This document shows positions 23,761-35,859 of a stretch of 64,000 nucleotides of DNA, in pieces (position 1 is the first letter of the stretch; the number at the start of each line of letters is the position of its first letter). The notes beneath the pieces are model-generated. The model did no database searches. It was not told where the DNA came from and worked only from the letters and a program-made list of their open reading frames with translations. This DNA comes from Octopus sinensis. Lineage: Eukaryota. A program made the translations under genes and the position numbers. The stretch spans positions 18,972,001-19,036,000 of the forward strand of contig NC_043016.1 in assembly GCF_006345805.1 (NCBI RefSeq), written 5' to 3'.

Positions 23761-26700
23761 TTAAATAAGATTATTATTAGCTCTTTGATTGCATCATTCT
23801 AAGATCTGCTGTGATATATAAATAAAATCATTATCATAAACGACTCTGTTGAAATAAATAATTCGGACCGTACTTCTCAGTTTGGATAATCAATAACTGC
23901 TGTTCACCATGAAGTAGACATATTCAGCGAAACTAGAGACTGGTCTGACCGTACTTGATCAAAGGCAGGCACAAAAGTCTATTGGGAGGATGAACCTGTA
24001 TATTCACAGATTTTCGATAAAAGAAAGGATAGCTATCGCGGGCTACATTTTGAACCACGTGCAGGTTTGTGTCACTAAGATAATAATTAACTAAAGAAGT
24101 GGAGTTGTGTGACTTTCACATGAAAATAAAATCACATTTCTCTGATAAATCAATGTATGCATTCTTTTCGTGCAGTGCATTAGTACGGGGTGTCGTCAAA
24201 CAAGTGAAAAAGTATCTTCTAACTGGATGAGATCTTATTTAATTTGTTTCGCTGTTACAGCCGGGTTTTCTATCGTTGAACGAGAGAAGAATATCGTTCA
24301 AAGTATCGTTGTCATAAATCAGGTCAAGGACATTATTAACAGTGCAGCCTATCTGCAGACATTGGAAATGATATTATGTTCTCATGTAAGAACTCATTAG
24401 GCTCAGCCACGGATTTCTTAGTGTTTTTCAAATATTTCGAGAAAACTATGGAATTTCTGAAAAATAAGAAAATGTAAGTGTTATAACTTTCATTAAATTT
24501 GAACTAGTGGTAAATTTAAATTCATCAAACATTTTTATAAATATCATATTTCCCCATGGAAATGAACAAATACGCATGTTTTTTTTTTTTGATCCGATAG
24601 GAATTGTGATCGTATAGTGTGACTTCTGGTATTTATCACTATCTTACTACCATGAAGGATGGTAGTCAATTTTCCCTCAAGTTCAAGGTATTCGGGACAA
24701 GCGATTTACATTTAGATGGGTAAAAACCCACGATTTCGAAGTGGAAAACTCTACGATGCTGTTGAACTAAATAATGACATTGCTGTTCTATTGTTCTAAT
24801 TTCGTGGTAATTCTAATTTTGAAAGACGCGGCATGGACAATGCGCTTCCAAAACACCCACGATTCGTTTAATGCATATTTAAATTAGAGAGAAATGACAT
24901 CGTAACCCTTAAGAAGTATGCACAGTGAGTCAAGCTACGAGACCTTCTATTTTTAAGAGCGAGACTAATTCCTCTATGTTTATTGTACTGTATAGTATAG
25001 AGCTGTTTATTGTACATTTTACTGATGCTTTAGTGGTAGTGTTTTACTTAGAGATCTTTATGTTTTATATAATTAAAATATTTTATATGCACATCTTCCT
25101 TCATTTTCTCCCTGCATCTATCTCTCTTTCCTTCTATACACATACATGAATACATACATTAATAATAAAAAACATATATACATACATGCATATATATATA
25201 AATGCAAACAAACATACATGACAGCATACATCGGTAGTAAATTGGAAGAATCGTTAGAACGTTGGACTGAATGCTTTGCGGTGTTCGTCCGGGTTCTCTG
25301 ACAAGCTAGTTCATTTATTTGGTTAGTATTGCGCATCAATATTAAAAAAAAATAAAGCCTGTCAGATATTGGTATATACCACAAAGAAAAATAGGGAAAT
25401 ACAGATGAGTTGCTATAAAATGGAACTATACTGGAATCTCAACATGATTGACAAAACTATCCGATAGGAATTGAACAAATGACTTTCTGACATCCAATAT
25501 GTATGTAGATATCTATTCATACACATGCACACGCACGCACACGCACACACGCGCAAACACACATACATACACGATCTCACCTACGACTTGTAGCTATCGA
25601 AACCTATCTTCTATAGGGAGTTTTTAGGGGATTCTCTAGTTTCATATCTCGACCGAAGGATAGAAATATTGTCTAAAAGTCGTCATCGAAAGTTGTTTCT
25701 TCTGCATATTTTCAGTTACCTGAATAGCCAAGTCTAACCGCTATAATTTATCTTAAGTCCAACGCGCTATGCAGAGAAGTCGTTTTCAAACTACTTGACT
25801 CACAATATTCTAAATAGGTACTGCTGGTGTTATATCACACCACTGCAGGAAATAGCAACACTGGAACCTGTGAAAGATTCTCTCCAATTAAAGTGCTGAA
25901 TTTAACGTCTAGAGTTTTATAGAGTGCTTGGTGATTTGTCTCTTATCTATTTCATGCTGGTATCGTGTCTCGATTATTTTTGTCATTCCACTATTGCCAT
26001 TTCAGTGCAAATATTAGTATTCGTTTAATATAAACAAATGAAAAATCAAAACAAAACATAAGGCACTTTTAAAATGATATTTCCTATGTTACAGAGTATA
26101 TAAAACTGCTGAGTTGATCACAACTTTACATTTTTATCAAACCAGAGTATTCTATTACTTCAAATGACATACAAAAATGCTATTTATATATTTATTCAGA
26201 ATTATACCTATTTTAAAGCTATGAGTTTAATTGAAACTAAATTAAAATTAAAACATGCTCATACAGTCAAATTTACGTAAAAAAATAATTAAAATCAAAC
26301 TGCCAGTCAATCAGACAGACAAGGTCATAGTCTCTAATTGAAGAGCAACCATTATCTTTATTTTTGTATCCTCATCTTTTTTTCAATTTTTTATCACATT
26401 TATAGAATATATTAACAGAAATGATATATGAAAAGAATATAATTAAATTATGCTTGATGATCTGTAGAAAAGAGAAAGACAAACAAAACAACGCATTACC
26501 TGAAAGCCATCACTTTGGAAATATAAAGGTGTTTTCAAGAAAGGACACCTTCAGCACTGAAATCCAATTAGCTAGTTCACATACTTAACTTACTTATTTC
26601 AAAGAATCCAGCAGAAATATAAGGTGTTTAAAGCATGACGTAATAGCATGGTAACGGTTGAAATGTCTTTGGCTCCTGTAGATTCTATATACAGTTACTA

Positions 26701-26785
26701 ATCTTATAGTCTATTAGATTTTGTTTCCTTTTCTCTCATTTCAAATAAGAACATCCCTATCACCATCATCGCCACCAACACCACC

Positions 26786-26819
<34 letters not shown>

Positions 26820-26904
26820 TCACAATAATAATTCTTATCCACATCTTTAATTTTTAGATTTAATGTATCTCTTCCGCTTTTTATTTTGTCTTTTTCTTCA
26901 TTTT

Positions 26905-26909
26905 GTATG

Positions 26910-26944
<35 letters not shown>

Positions 26945-27170
26945 CACAACCACCACCACCACCACTACTACTACTACCACCACAACCACCACCACCACCA
27001 CTACTACTACTACTAATAATAATAATAATAATAATTATTATTATTATTATTATTATCATTATTATTATTATCATTATTATTATTATTATTATTAATTATT
27101 ATTATTATTTTATCATTATTATTATCATTAGTTTTATTTTTTTTTTATTAATATTATTATTATTATTATT
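26905..27170. repeat. Compound trinucleotide array (ACT/ACC/AAT/ATT)
   Basis: Direct reading; continues as AAT/AAC/GTA at 27286-27511. Confidence 0.9.
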
Positions 27171-27285
27171 TCTTTATTGCCCACAGGGGCTAAACAAAGG
27201 GAACATCGACCTCAGTGATTAGCTGGTACTTATTTAATCGACCTCGAAACGATGAAAGGCAAAGTAGAACTCGGCGGAATTTGAA
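27171..27285 (-). mobile_element. SINE family B, 3' part
   Basis: CTGGTACTTATTTAATCGACCTCGAAACGATGAAAGGCAAAGT..TCGGCGGAATTTGAA is shared with the other copies. Confidence 0.75.
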
Positions 27286-27295
27286 AATAATAATA

Positions 27296-27338
<43 letters not shown>

Positions 27339-27461
27339 GCAATAACAATAATAATAATAATAATAATAATAGCAACAACAACAACAACAACAATAATATC
27401 TATCATAATTATAATTATGATTATTATTGTAGTTGTAGTTGTTGTTGTTCTGGTTGTTGTG

Positions 27462-27512
<51 letters not shown>

Positions 27513-27879
27513 TTTCTCGCGTGTTTACGTCGGTCTCAAAGGTTTGTCAATTTTTGCTGAAAAAATTTATTATTGAATATTTTTTTGTTCAATAGTTAAT
27601 TAAGAACGCCTGCTTCACTTTGGTGAAAGGAGGACTGCCAAATTTTACCCTAAAAGGCATAATTGTAATTTTATTTCGCCTTCGTATATTTTGTGTTTTT
27701 GGGGATTTTTTTTGTTTCTTTATTCCTTTTCATTCAAAATTATGACGGCATTAAAGCACAAAACCCGTTTCAGTGAAGAGATAGCAAGAGAGCTTCATCT
27801 TGCACTAGTTTCATTTGAGAGCAAGGTCTGATAACAATACCACCACGACCACAACGACGATGACACGACGACGACGACA

Positions 27880-30550
27880 TAAATGTTAACAAAAGTAACA
27901 TAAGCCACAGCAATACTTGCGGAAAGGAATAGAAAACTGGTAAACGTAAATATTAGTTACAGTAGCAGCAACAATAATGCACCTGCACAAGCAACGACAA
28001 TGATAGCAATAATATGAGCAAAGAATCTTTTGCTGAGGTAGCAACGAAGTCAACGCAGTTATTTATGTGTGTTTGGTGCGACTGTTTCGGTGATAAGACC
28101 AGACTCACAGAAGCTGAGTATCTGGTAAAAGTAAATGATAGGTTTGCACATGTTTCTTTCTAGCTCAGATAGTTGCAGCGAATGCCTGGAAAACAGTCTC
28201 TTATCACTGTGTGTCGGATGAAATCCGACACTTGGAATCGCCTATATAGACCCAAATGGAAGAGACGTAAAAGAAACATGTGAGCAGACATAGACCATGA
28301 GTCGAGGGTGAGGGTTCTATTTAAGAACGAAGTACGCGCATTAAATACGCCATGGATACCATACGTGTCAGGGATTATTTCGGGAGAATGACAAGTTGCG
28401 CTCAGATAGAAAGTATTGCACCTGGATCGGACATCTGGTGGTTGTTAGCGTGTTCAATCTGGAGGACAGTGAAACTCTACTCGAGGTGAAGCGAACGGAG
28501 AGGGAGTTTTGATCTAGGAACACAATAAATATTTTCTTCCAGATCAAATAGGAGTAGGTAGAAAAGATCCCAGTGTGGATCTACGAGTTCAGATTGAGGG
28601 CAGAAAACCAAAATACCTCTTGAAGTGGTGCAGAAGGCCAATTCATAGTTTTCTGCATCACCACAAAACAGGCAAGAGGACTTCCCAACTATTCCGACAC
28701 CACAGCCCCAAAAACAGCTGCAACGTACAGTAAAAGTGGTAACACCAGTAGCAGCAATGGCAATGAGAACAGCAGTAGCAGTAACAACAACGCACATAAT
28801 AAAACCGGAAGTCGCCATCTAGGAAAATATCCGGCCCAAATTGCTCTTTAAATCTCCCTCCCACCTACTTTCAAAAACACACGCGACACACTCACATACA
28901 CACACGCGCACACACACACACACATTGGCCCCACGGAAACATGCTTCTTTTTCCACCCCGACCCTAATTGGATCCTTCCGACAAGGAAATATTATCATGC
29001 GAAAAAAGAAGCACAATAAAAAGACACCACATAACCATAAGAGCACCGGCGAAACCGCACGAAGCACAAATAAATCATCAAAACAAATTTACTCCCCAAC
29101 AACAACAACAACAACTACTACTACACCTTCAAGAAAAAATAAAAGCTCACACATGAGCAGCACCAAGAGAGAGGCACACAAATATAACACCAACAAAATA
29201 CACCCATCTCAAACTTTGTAATAATAACCAGCACAAACAAAATAATTGATGTCCTTCATCGAAGAGGCCCAGTACATTCACAGTCACATAACTTGAAAAT
29301 AAGGCAGGAATTAGAGACATATAAACTATTAAAGAAGGACTTACTTCCTTAACGACATGTGAAGTTCGCACATAAGGGCCTCCAGTAGGCTCCTAAAAGA
29401 CTTTTCAAAAGAATGCCAAAACGTCATGGAGACATAATACGGATCTCCAGTATAATTAAATGGGCAAGTAACTTATTTTCATCTCTTTAGTGACATTAAG
29501 GATGGGTAGCATAAATGCACGTCCTTTGAATCACTTTGAAAACTGAGGTGTCTATTCCATTACTTCAAGTCGCTAGATTTGGATGTGATAGTCATCAGCA
29601 AGAACAGGATTTTCGATACACGCAGTTAACGCCCACTTTTAGAATTTTGAGATTTTCACATCTCTTACATGATCCAGAATAAAGGCGGAATGGTTCTGGA
29701 AAGGCCTGAATCTCCACATGAGATCGATCTTCCTGTTCCGGACGACAAGTAGGTGGTCCTGGACTACACACTGTGTATACCCTGACTGGAGCTAGCCAAC
29801 CTGATTTCTTCAGGCATTTGAAGGTTTTCCTAGGAACGTCCCGCTCTTTATAGTTAGAAGATGATTGGAATGAGATCTTAGACTCACGCATAGATTGGTT
29901 GGGGCAAACTGATGGGAGAGGGAAATGTGAAATCCTCGCAAATCTTCTCAGTCATTTTCACCTAGAGGAGAGGAAACGACTACATTTCCCGAATACGTTC
30001 ATGTTAACATGAACAAATAGCATCAGGTCACCCTGATCATTTCTAGATAGAGTATTCTGTAGAACAGTAGATAGGGATAGCACAGAGTGTACATTTTTCT
30101 CTTTTTCAGAGTAGTCAGCTACATAGGCCACTAATTTGTGACCCGTACGGTTGACCTAGACAAGTTGCATAGACAGGGAACCGGTTGCTGGAAACTGAAC
30201 GCGTCTTTCTTGGAGTGTCAAATTTACAGACACCGGAGAAGGGAAATAGTCAAGAGGGATTTGACGAGGGTAATCGTCAACAACGGATAGCATTAGCTCT
30301 GATTTGAGCTATTAGATGAGATTCGATAAGGTTAAGGGAATCGTGATAGAGAATTCTGGAGTAGTAAGTTAGTTAATTATTAACCGAGAAGTGCTTAGGA
30401 AAGGTATTGCAACTGACGTGCTCGTCCTTCACATTTCTTCAGCGTTAAGCACGAAGGATGCATTATGGGAGCTTTATGTAAAACCCCAACGGTCCCCTGT
30501 TTTAGCATGGTCATTTTATTTTTTGTGCGACCCCTCTAACCAATAAAGAA
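27880..30550 (+). mobile_element. Tx1/L1-like LINE relic (ORF1 + APE endonuclease; RT absent)
   Basis: ORF1 LRVQIEGRKPK matches VVVEGRKPRC of the copy at 37.3 kb. APE: LRMGSINAR, VYTLTGASQPDFFRHLKVFLGTSRSL..DWNEILD, FLDRVF, CWKLNASFL. Confidence 0.8.
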
Positions 30551-30578
30551 AATTATTATTATTATTATTATTATTATT

Positions 30579-33500
30579 CAGTAGTTTTATTTTTATTTTT
30601 ATAGCGTGCTTTCACTTCACTACCGAGCGCAGCTCTGTGTGCCTTGGGTATGTGCTGTGATTTGTTGTGATGCTCTGATGGTTATTGTATGGAAAGTGTT
30701 CTGCGTAGGATGTGTGCAGTGCCTAGTAGTGCAATTTTCTGTATGTTATATGTGTTTGTAAGTCCTGGTGTTTTTGTTATGTATTTGTCTGAATATTTTT
30801 TTATCATGCCTAATGCACTACTATGATAGGAATTGTTCTGTTTTCAGATTCCACATTCTAGTTACCTCTATTTCCAGGTCTTTGTATTTTGAGAGTTTCT
30901 CCATTTCTTTTAGAGACACGTTGTCATCTGCCGGTACTGATACATCAATTAGAAAGCATTTTTTTCTTCATGGTCTCTGACAACTATATCTGGTTTGTTG
31001 GCCTTAATTTCTCTATCTGTGTGTATCGGCATATCCCAGAGTATGGTTGCTTCTCATTTTCTGTGACCTTTTCTGGTGTGTGCCTATACCATCTTTTTTC
31101 TGTTGTTATTCCATAATGTTGGCATAGCTTCCAATGTATGTAAGTTCTAACTCTGTCATGTCTGTGAATATATTCATTCTTGGCCAGGACTGGGCAGCTA
31201 GAGATAATATGATTTATTTTTTGTCCATCTCCCATATTCTGCAGTTACTTGTCATATTTCTTTTCATTACATGTTTTTGGTAATTTCTGGTGGGGAGGCT
31301 TTGGTCTTGTGCTGCAATTAAAAATCCCTCTGTTTCTGCTTTGAGTCCTGAGCTTCTCAACCATTGCTGGGATTTTTCTTTGTCTATTTCTTTGTGTTTA
31401 GTTTAGTGCAGTATTTACCATGAAGGGGCTTTCTTGCCATCGTTTTATCATGGTTCGTTGCTGTTCTATTTTTAGTTTGGATTCATTTTTTTTATAGCTT
31501 TTGTGTTTCTTCATTCTTCTTCTTCTTCTTCATGTTATTAGGTGGTATGATTTCTTGTTTGTATTTGTCAGCTTCCTTAAATACTGAGAACAGTTTTTTG
31601 TTTTGCTCGTGTTTTGCCGCTATCTGGATCAGTTTTCCTTCTCTGAAGTAGATATTTTTGCAGTCCTATGGTGGTTATTTTATAGTAGTTTTCCAGCTGT
31701 ATAAGGCCTCTACCACCTTCTATACGTTGTATATATAGTCTTTCTATGTCAGATTTTGGGTGATGCATCCTAGATCCTGTCATTATTTTTCTTGTTTTCC
31801 TGTCTATTTTGGTCAGTTCATTTCGTGTCCACTTAAGGATATTGTAGCTGTAACTTATAACTGGGACAGCTAAAGTGTTGATACCTATTATCTTGTTTTT
31901 AGCATTGAGCTCTGTGTTTAGTATTGATCTAACTCGTCTATAATATTCTTTTTTATTTTCTCTTTCATTTGTGTGTGTTGTGTCTTATCTAGTTCATGGA
32001 TTCCTAAGTATTTGTAAGTTTGGCTTTGGTCTAATTCTTTTATTTCATATGCTTCATCTAGTGTGATGTTGTTACTCTTAACTAGTTTTCCTCTTTTCAT
32101 GGTTACTTTGGCGCATTTTTCTAATCCAAATTTCATATATATTTCTTTGGTAAATCCATGAACTGTCTTTAATAGTGTTTCCAGCTGTTTGTCATTTGCA
32201 GCGTATAGTTTTAGGTCATCCATATATAAAAGGTGGCTGATCGTTTTGCCGTAACATTTATATCCGCATCCAGTTCTATTTAGCATATCAGATAGAGGTG
32301 ACAGTGCCAAGCAGAAAAGGAGTGGAGAGAGCGTATCTCCCTGGAATATTCCTCTTCTAATGGGGATGTCTTTGGTTTTCATGAGTCCCTCTTTTGTTTG
32401 GAGGTGTAGGACTGTTTGCCATTTATTCATAGAGTGCTCTATGAATTTATGATTGTTGGTGCTACTTTGTTAATGGCTAGTGTTTCGAGGATCCATGTGT
32501 GGGGGATGCTATCAAACGCCTTTTTGTAGTCAATCCAGGCCATACTGAGGCCTTTCTTCTTTCTGTGGCTGTCTTCAGTTATGGCTTTTTAATCATTAGT
32601 TGATCTTTACAGCCATATGAGCCTTTGCGGCATCCTTTCTGCTCTTCTGGGAACAGTTTGTTTTCGTCCAGGTGCTTGTTCAGCCTTTGTGATATCACTG
32701 CAGTAAATGCCTTGAACATAGTAGGGAGGCAGGTTATTGGTCTGTAGTTTTCTGGTTTTTCTGTTTCATTTGATTTGGGAATTAAGATGGTTTTCCCCTT
32801 CGTGAGCCATTCAGGCATTGTCTCTGGCTCTGCTAGTACGTTGTTAAAGTTTTCAGCCAGCTTTTTGTGCATTCCTGTTAGATATTCAACCAGAAGTTGG
32901 GGATCTTGTCATGCCCAGGTGCCTTCCAGTTGCTTAGTCTTTGCAGTGCCTGGGTGACCTCTTCAGTTGTTATGGGGGTCCAAGTTTGTTCAGATGCCGA
33001 GTTTGTTATTTTGATACTCCTTTTTTTTGGTTGTTCGTTCGCCGACCATATTTCTCCCCAGAATTCTTCCAATTCTTCTGCTGTTGGTGCTGCAGTGACT
33101 TCTATTTTATTTTTGCCCAGTTCTTGGTAGAACTTTTTGGGGTCGGAGTTGAACTTTTTGTTCTGTTCAAAGAAGCGTTGGCGTTCTCGTACCGGCGGAT
33201 CCTTTGAGCTTGGCAAGGATATCTTGCTTCAGCTTTTCTTTTATCTCCGGCAAATCTTTTTCTGTGGTGTTATATTTGCGGAGCATTTTTGTTCTCTTTT
33301 TGTTGCTCAGTAGCGTTGATTGTTTGCTGATTTCATTAAGAATCGACAGGTCTTTTCTAATTTTTTTTATTTTGTTTTGGATGTTATTTATCCACAGGGT
33401 TTGTTTGGGTGGTGGTACTCCTGTTCGGGCGGGTTTGGGTGAGTATCCAGCTGCTTTTGTGGCTGCAGTGGCTGCTGCGTATATCAAGTCATTTAGTTCA

Positions 33501-34538
33501 GTGATATCACTTTTTTTTGTTTCAGTGGCTAGTTCAGTGACGGCTAGGTTTATGTTGTTTATAATGGTGTTGTTATGTTGTTATTGCGTTTATTTTTATT
33601 CTTGGGAGGTATGGTCGGTGGTCCATTTTGAGCTCTGTGGTTTTAGTTCTTTGATTATTTTATTTTTTATATTATCATAATCATTAGGCTCCCCTTCGTT
33701 GTTTACATCGTGTTTGTTGGGAATGTTGCGTTTGTCTTCGTGTTTTACAGTTTCAGTGTTTATTTATTGGGCATTGTTGTGTGGCTTCTATCTACATTTT
33801 CCTGGTGTATGTTTTCTTTTAGGTGTTCTATTTCTATTTCTGATATTTTTTTGTGTTGAGAATGTATCTTCGTACGTTAGCTAATTATTAGGGTTCATTG
33901 CTGTATCCAAGTCTAAATCTCTATTATTTTCCTTCCATATTTTATATGTATGTGTTGTTGTATTTTCATTTTTTGGGTAGAGTACTGCTGTGAAGTATGC
34001 GTGTAAGATAGAAATGTATTCCTCACGTGTCCATTTACGTCTTTTGGGTTTTATTTGCGGGACATGAGGTACAACGTCCGGCCCATTATTTTGACGGTCG
34101 TCATTTTCGTAGGTTACCGGTCCGTTTATTTCTGTTGTCACATTATTCGCACGTGTAGTTTTTCGTACATTTTTTGTTGTAGGTTTAATGTACGTACCGC
34201 TCGATTGTTATTCTTGGGTTGAATAGTATCGGTGGCATTTAATTTCTTCGTAGTTCCTTTGACATGGTTGTTTGGGGTCGGAGATGATCGTGATGTTTCA
34301 CGCATGTTTACATGTGTTGCGTTAGAGGTGGAGATGATATCGAGTCAAAATACATCATTTCGTTTCGAAAATAGTAATACATTTCAGTTTGTATTACTTA
34401 CTCGGATACAGTCCAATTCTTTGTTAGTAAAACTTTGGCTCCATAGGATGTCCTTGTTTTCGATGTTTGTGGATAGGTTTCGGAGCTCTGAATTTTCCTT
34501 CTTACATCTTAAAAGTCCCCCGGTGTTCTCCCTTAAAA

Positions 34539-34540
<2 letters not shown>
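30579..34540 (-). mobile_element. Full-length Dong/R4-like RLE LINE (~3.96 kb) inserted in (TAA)n; ORF broken by frameshifts
   Basis: RRKWTREEY; WKAPGHDKIPNFW; YRPITCLPTMFK; IRRGIFQGDTLSPLLFCLAL; HLLYMDDLKLYA; INHIISSCPVLAKNEYIHRHD; [29 protein letters not shown]. (TTA)n lies directly on both sides. Confidence 0.93.
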
Positions 34541-34612
<72 letters not shown>

Positions 34613-34744
34613 CATCATCATATTATTATTATTATTATTATATTATTATTATTATTATTATTAATTACTACTACTACTACTACTACGACTACTACTACTA
34701 CTACTACTATTACTATTATTATTATTATTATTATCATATTTATT

Positions 34745-35246
34745 GAGTGAGAAGAGCAGTGCATGCCATCAAAGTGACACTGGGGTAAAATATACGAAGC
34801 CCAGTATACCTATCATGACTACCCGTCTGATAAGGGTGCACCAGGCACATGCATCACAACCAAATGTGCGCGACATGGTGATCTCATATCAAGATAAACA
34901 GCGCATAACTGGGGCCCAGTTAGAATTTTCTTCTGGTCGAGTAACCCATCCCTCTTAAAAGGTCTCTGAATAAGGATTGTTTAAGGATGTTGAACGAACC
35001 ACCCATGTTTCCAAAGGTGAATTATCCAAACCTCTAAGAATTCCTTTCAACACACGGCTATGATGCTCCCCCACTACTTCTGCTCGTGATCAGAGACGCA
35101 CATATCGTCAGCCACCAAGGGACATACTCAACTGGTTAAGGTAAAAATACTGGCAAGCAAATCTGTGGTATTGAGCAGAATATTTGCTGTAGCCCATCTT
35201 TTATACCAAGACAAAACAATGTACATGATAACACTTCCAATCAGTT
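34745..35246 (-). mobile_element. ~550-bp family, copy 2 (5'-truncated by ~45 nt)
   Basis: Alignable to 14520-15068; (TTA)n flanks. Confidence 0.8.
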
Positions 35247-35258
35247 ATTATTATTATA

Positions 35259-35315
<57 letters not shown>

Positions 35316-35400
35316 TATTATTATTATTATTATTATCATCATCATCATCATCATCATTATTATTACTATTATTATTATTATTATTATTATCATATTATTA

Positions 35401-35442
<42 letters not shown>

Positions 35443-35496
35443 GATCATCATCATCATCATTATTATTACTATTATTATTATTATTATTATTTATTA

Positions 35497-35537
<41 letters not shown>

Positions 35538-35859
35538 TACTTTTAATCTGCATGTTTGTTACAATCAGTCACCGAAACACACCCAGCAGAGGCTTCTGTC
35601 TCCACCACTTTTCAATTTGTTTCTGCCCGTTCTTTTTTGCAGTTTCCTTGATCCGTTTTGTTTTTTCATGGCAGTGGTTTCAGGTTCTTCATATAATGTA
35701 AGGTTAATGCTGAATTCACTCGCTAAATAGCGGTGCTTTAAAATTATTTTCTACCAGGTGGAGAAAAGGGGATCCCTCTTCTGCTGGTGAGTTTCTTTTT
35801 TTGTTAAAAGTCCCCCTATTTCTTGGGGGATTTATTAAATTTATTCCATTTTTTATTCC

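Noticed and set aside
23905-24075. Reading frame with an in-frame TGA (..DRT*SKAGTKVYWEDEP..), possible selenocysteine
   Set aside because: No selenoprotein motif, no SECIS seen and no evidence of coding.
24716-24800. NNDIAVL, resembling the trypsin-family catalytic Asp motif
   Set aside because: An in-frame stop follows within three codons; no His or Ser motifs nearby.
25720-25868. Minus-strand segment with good acceptor and donor signals (also 26490-26690)
   Set aside because: Stops in all three frames; a non-coding exon cannot be supported from sequence alone.
29592-29602. CTGATGA on the minus strand
   Set aside because: Lies inside the Tx1 APE coding region; no stem II or GAAA.
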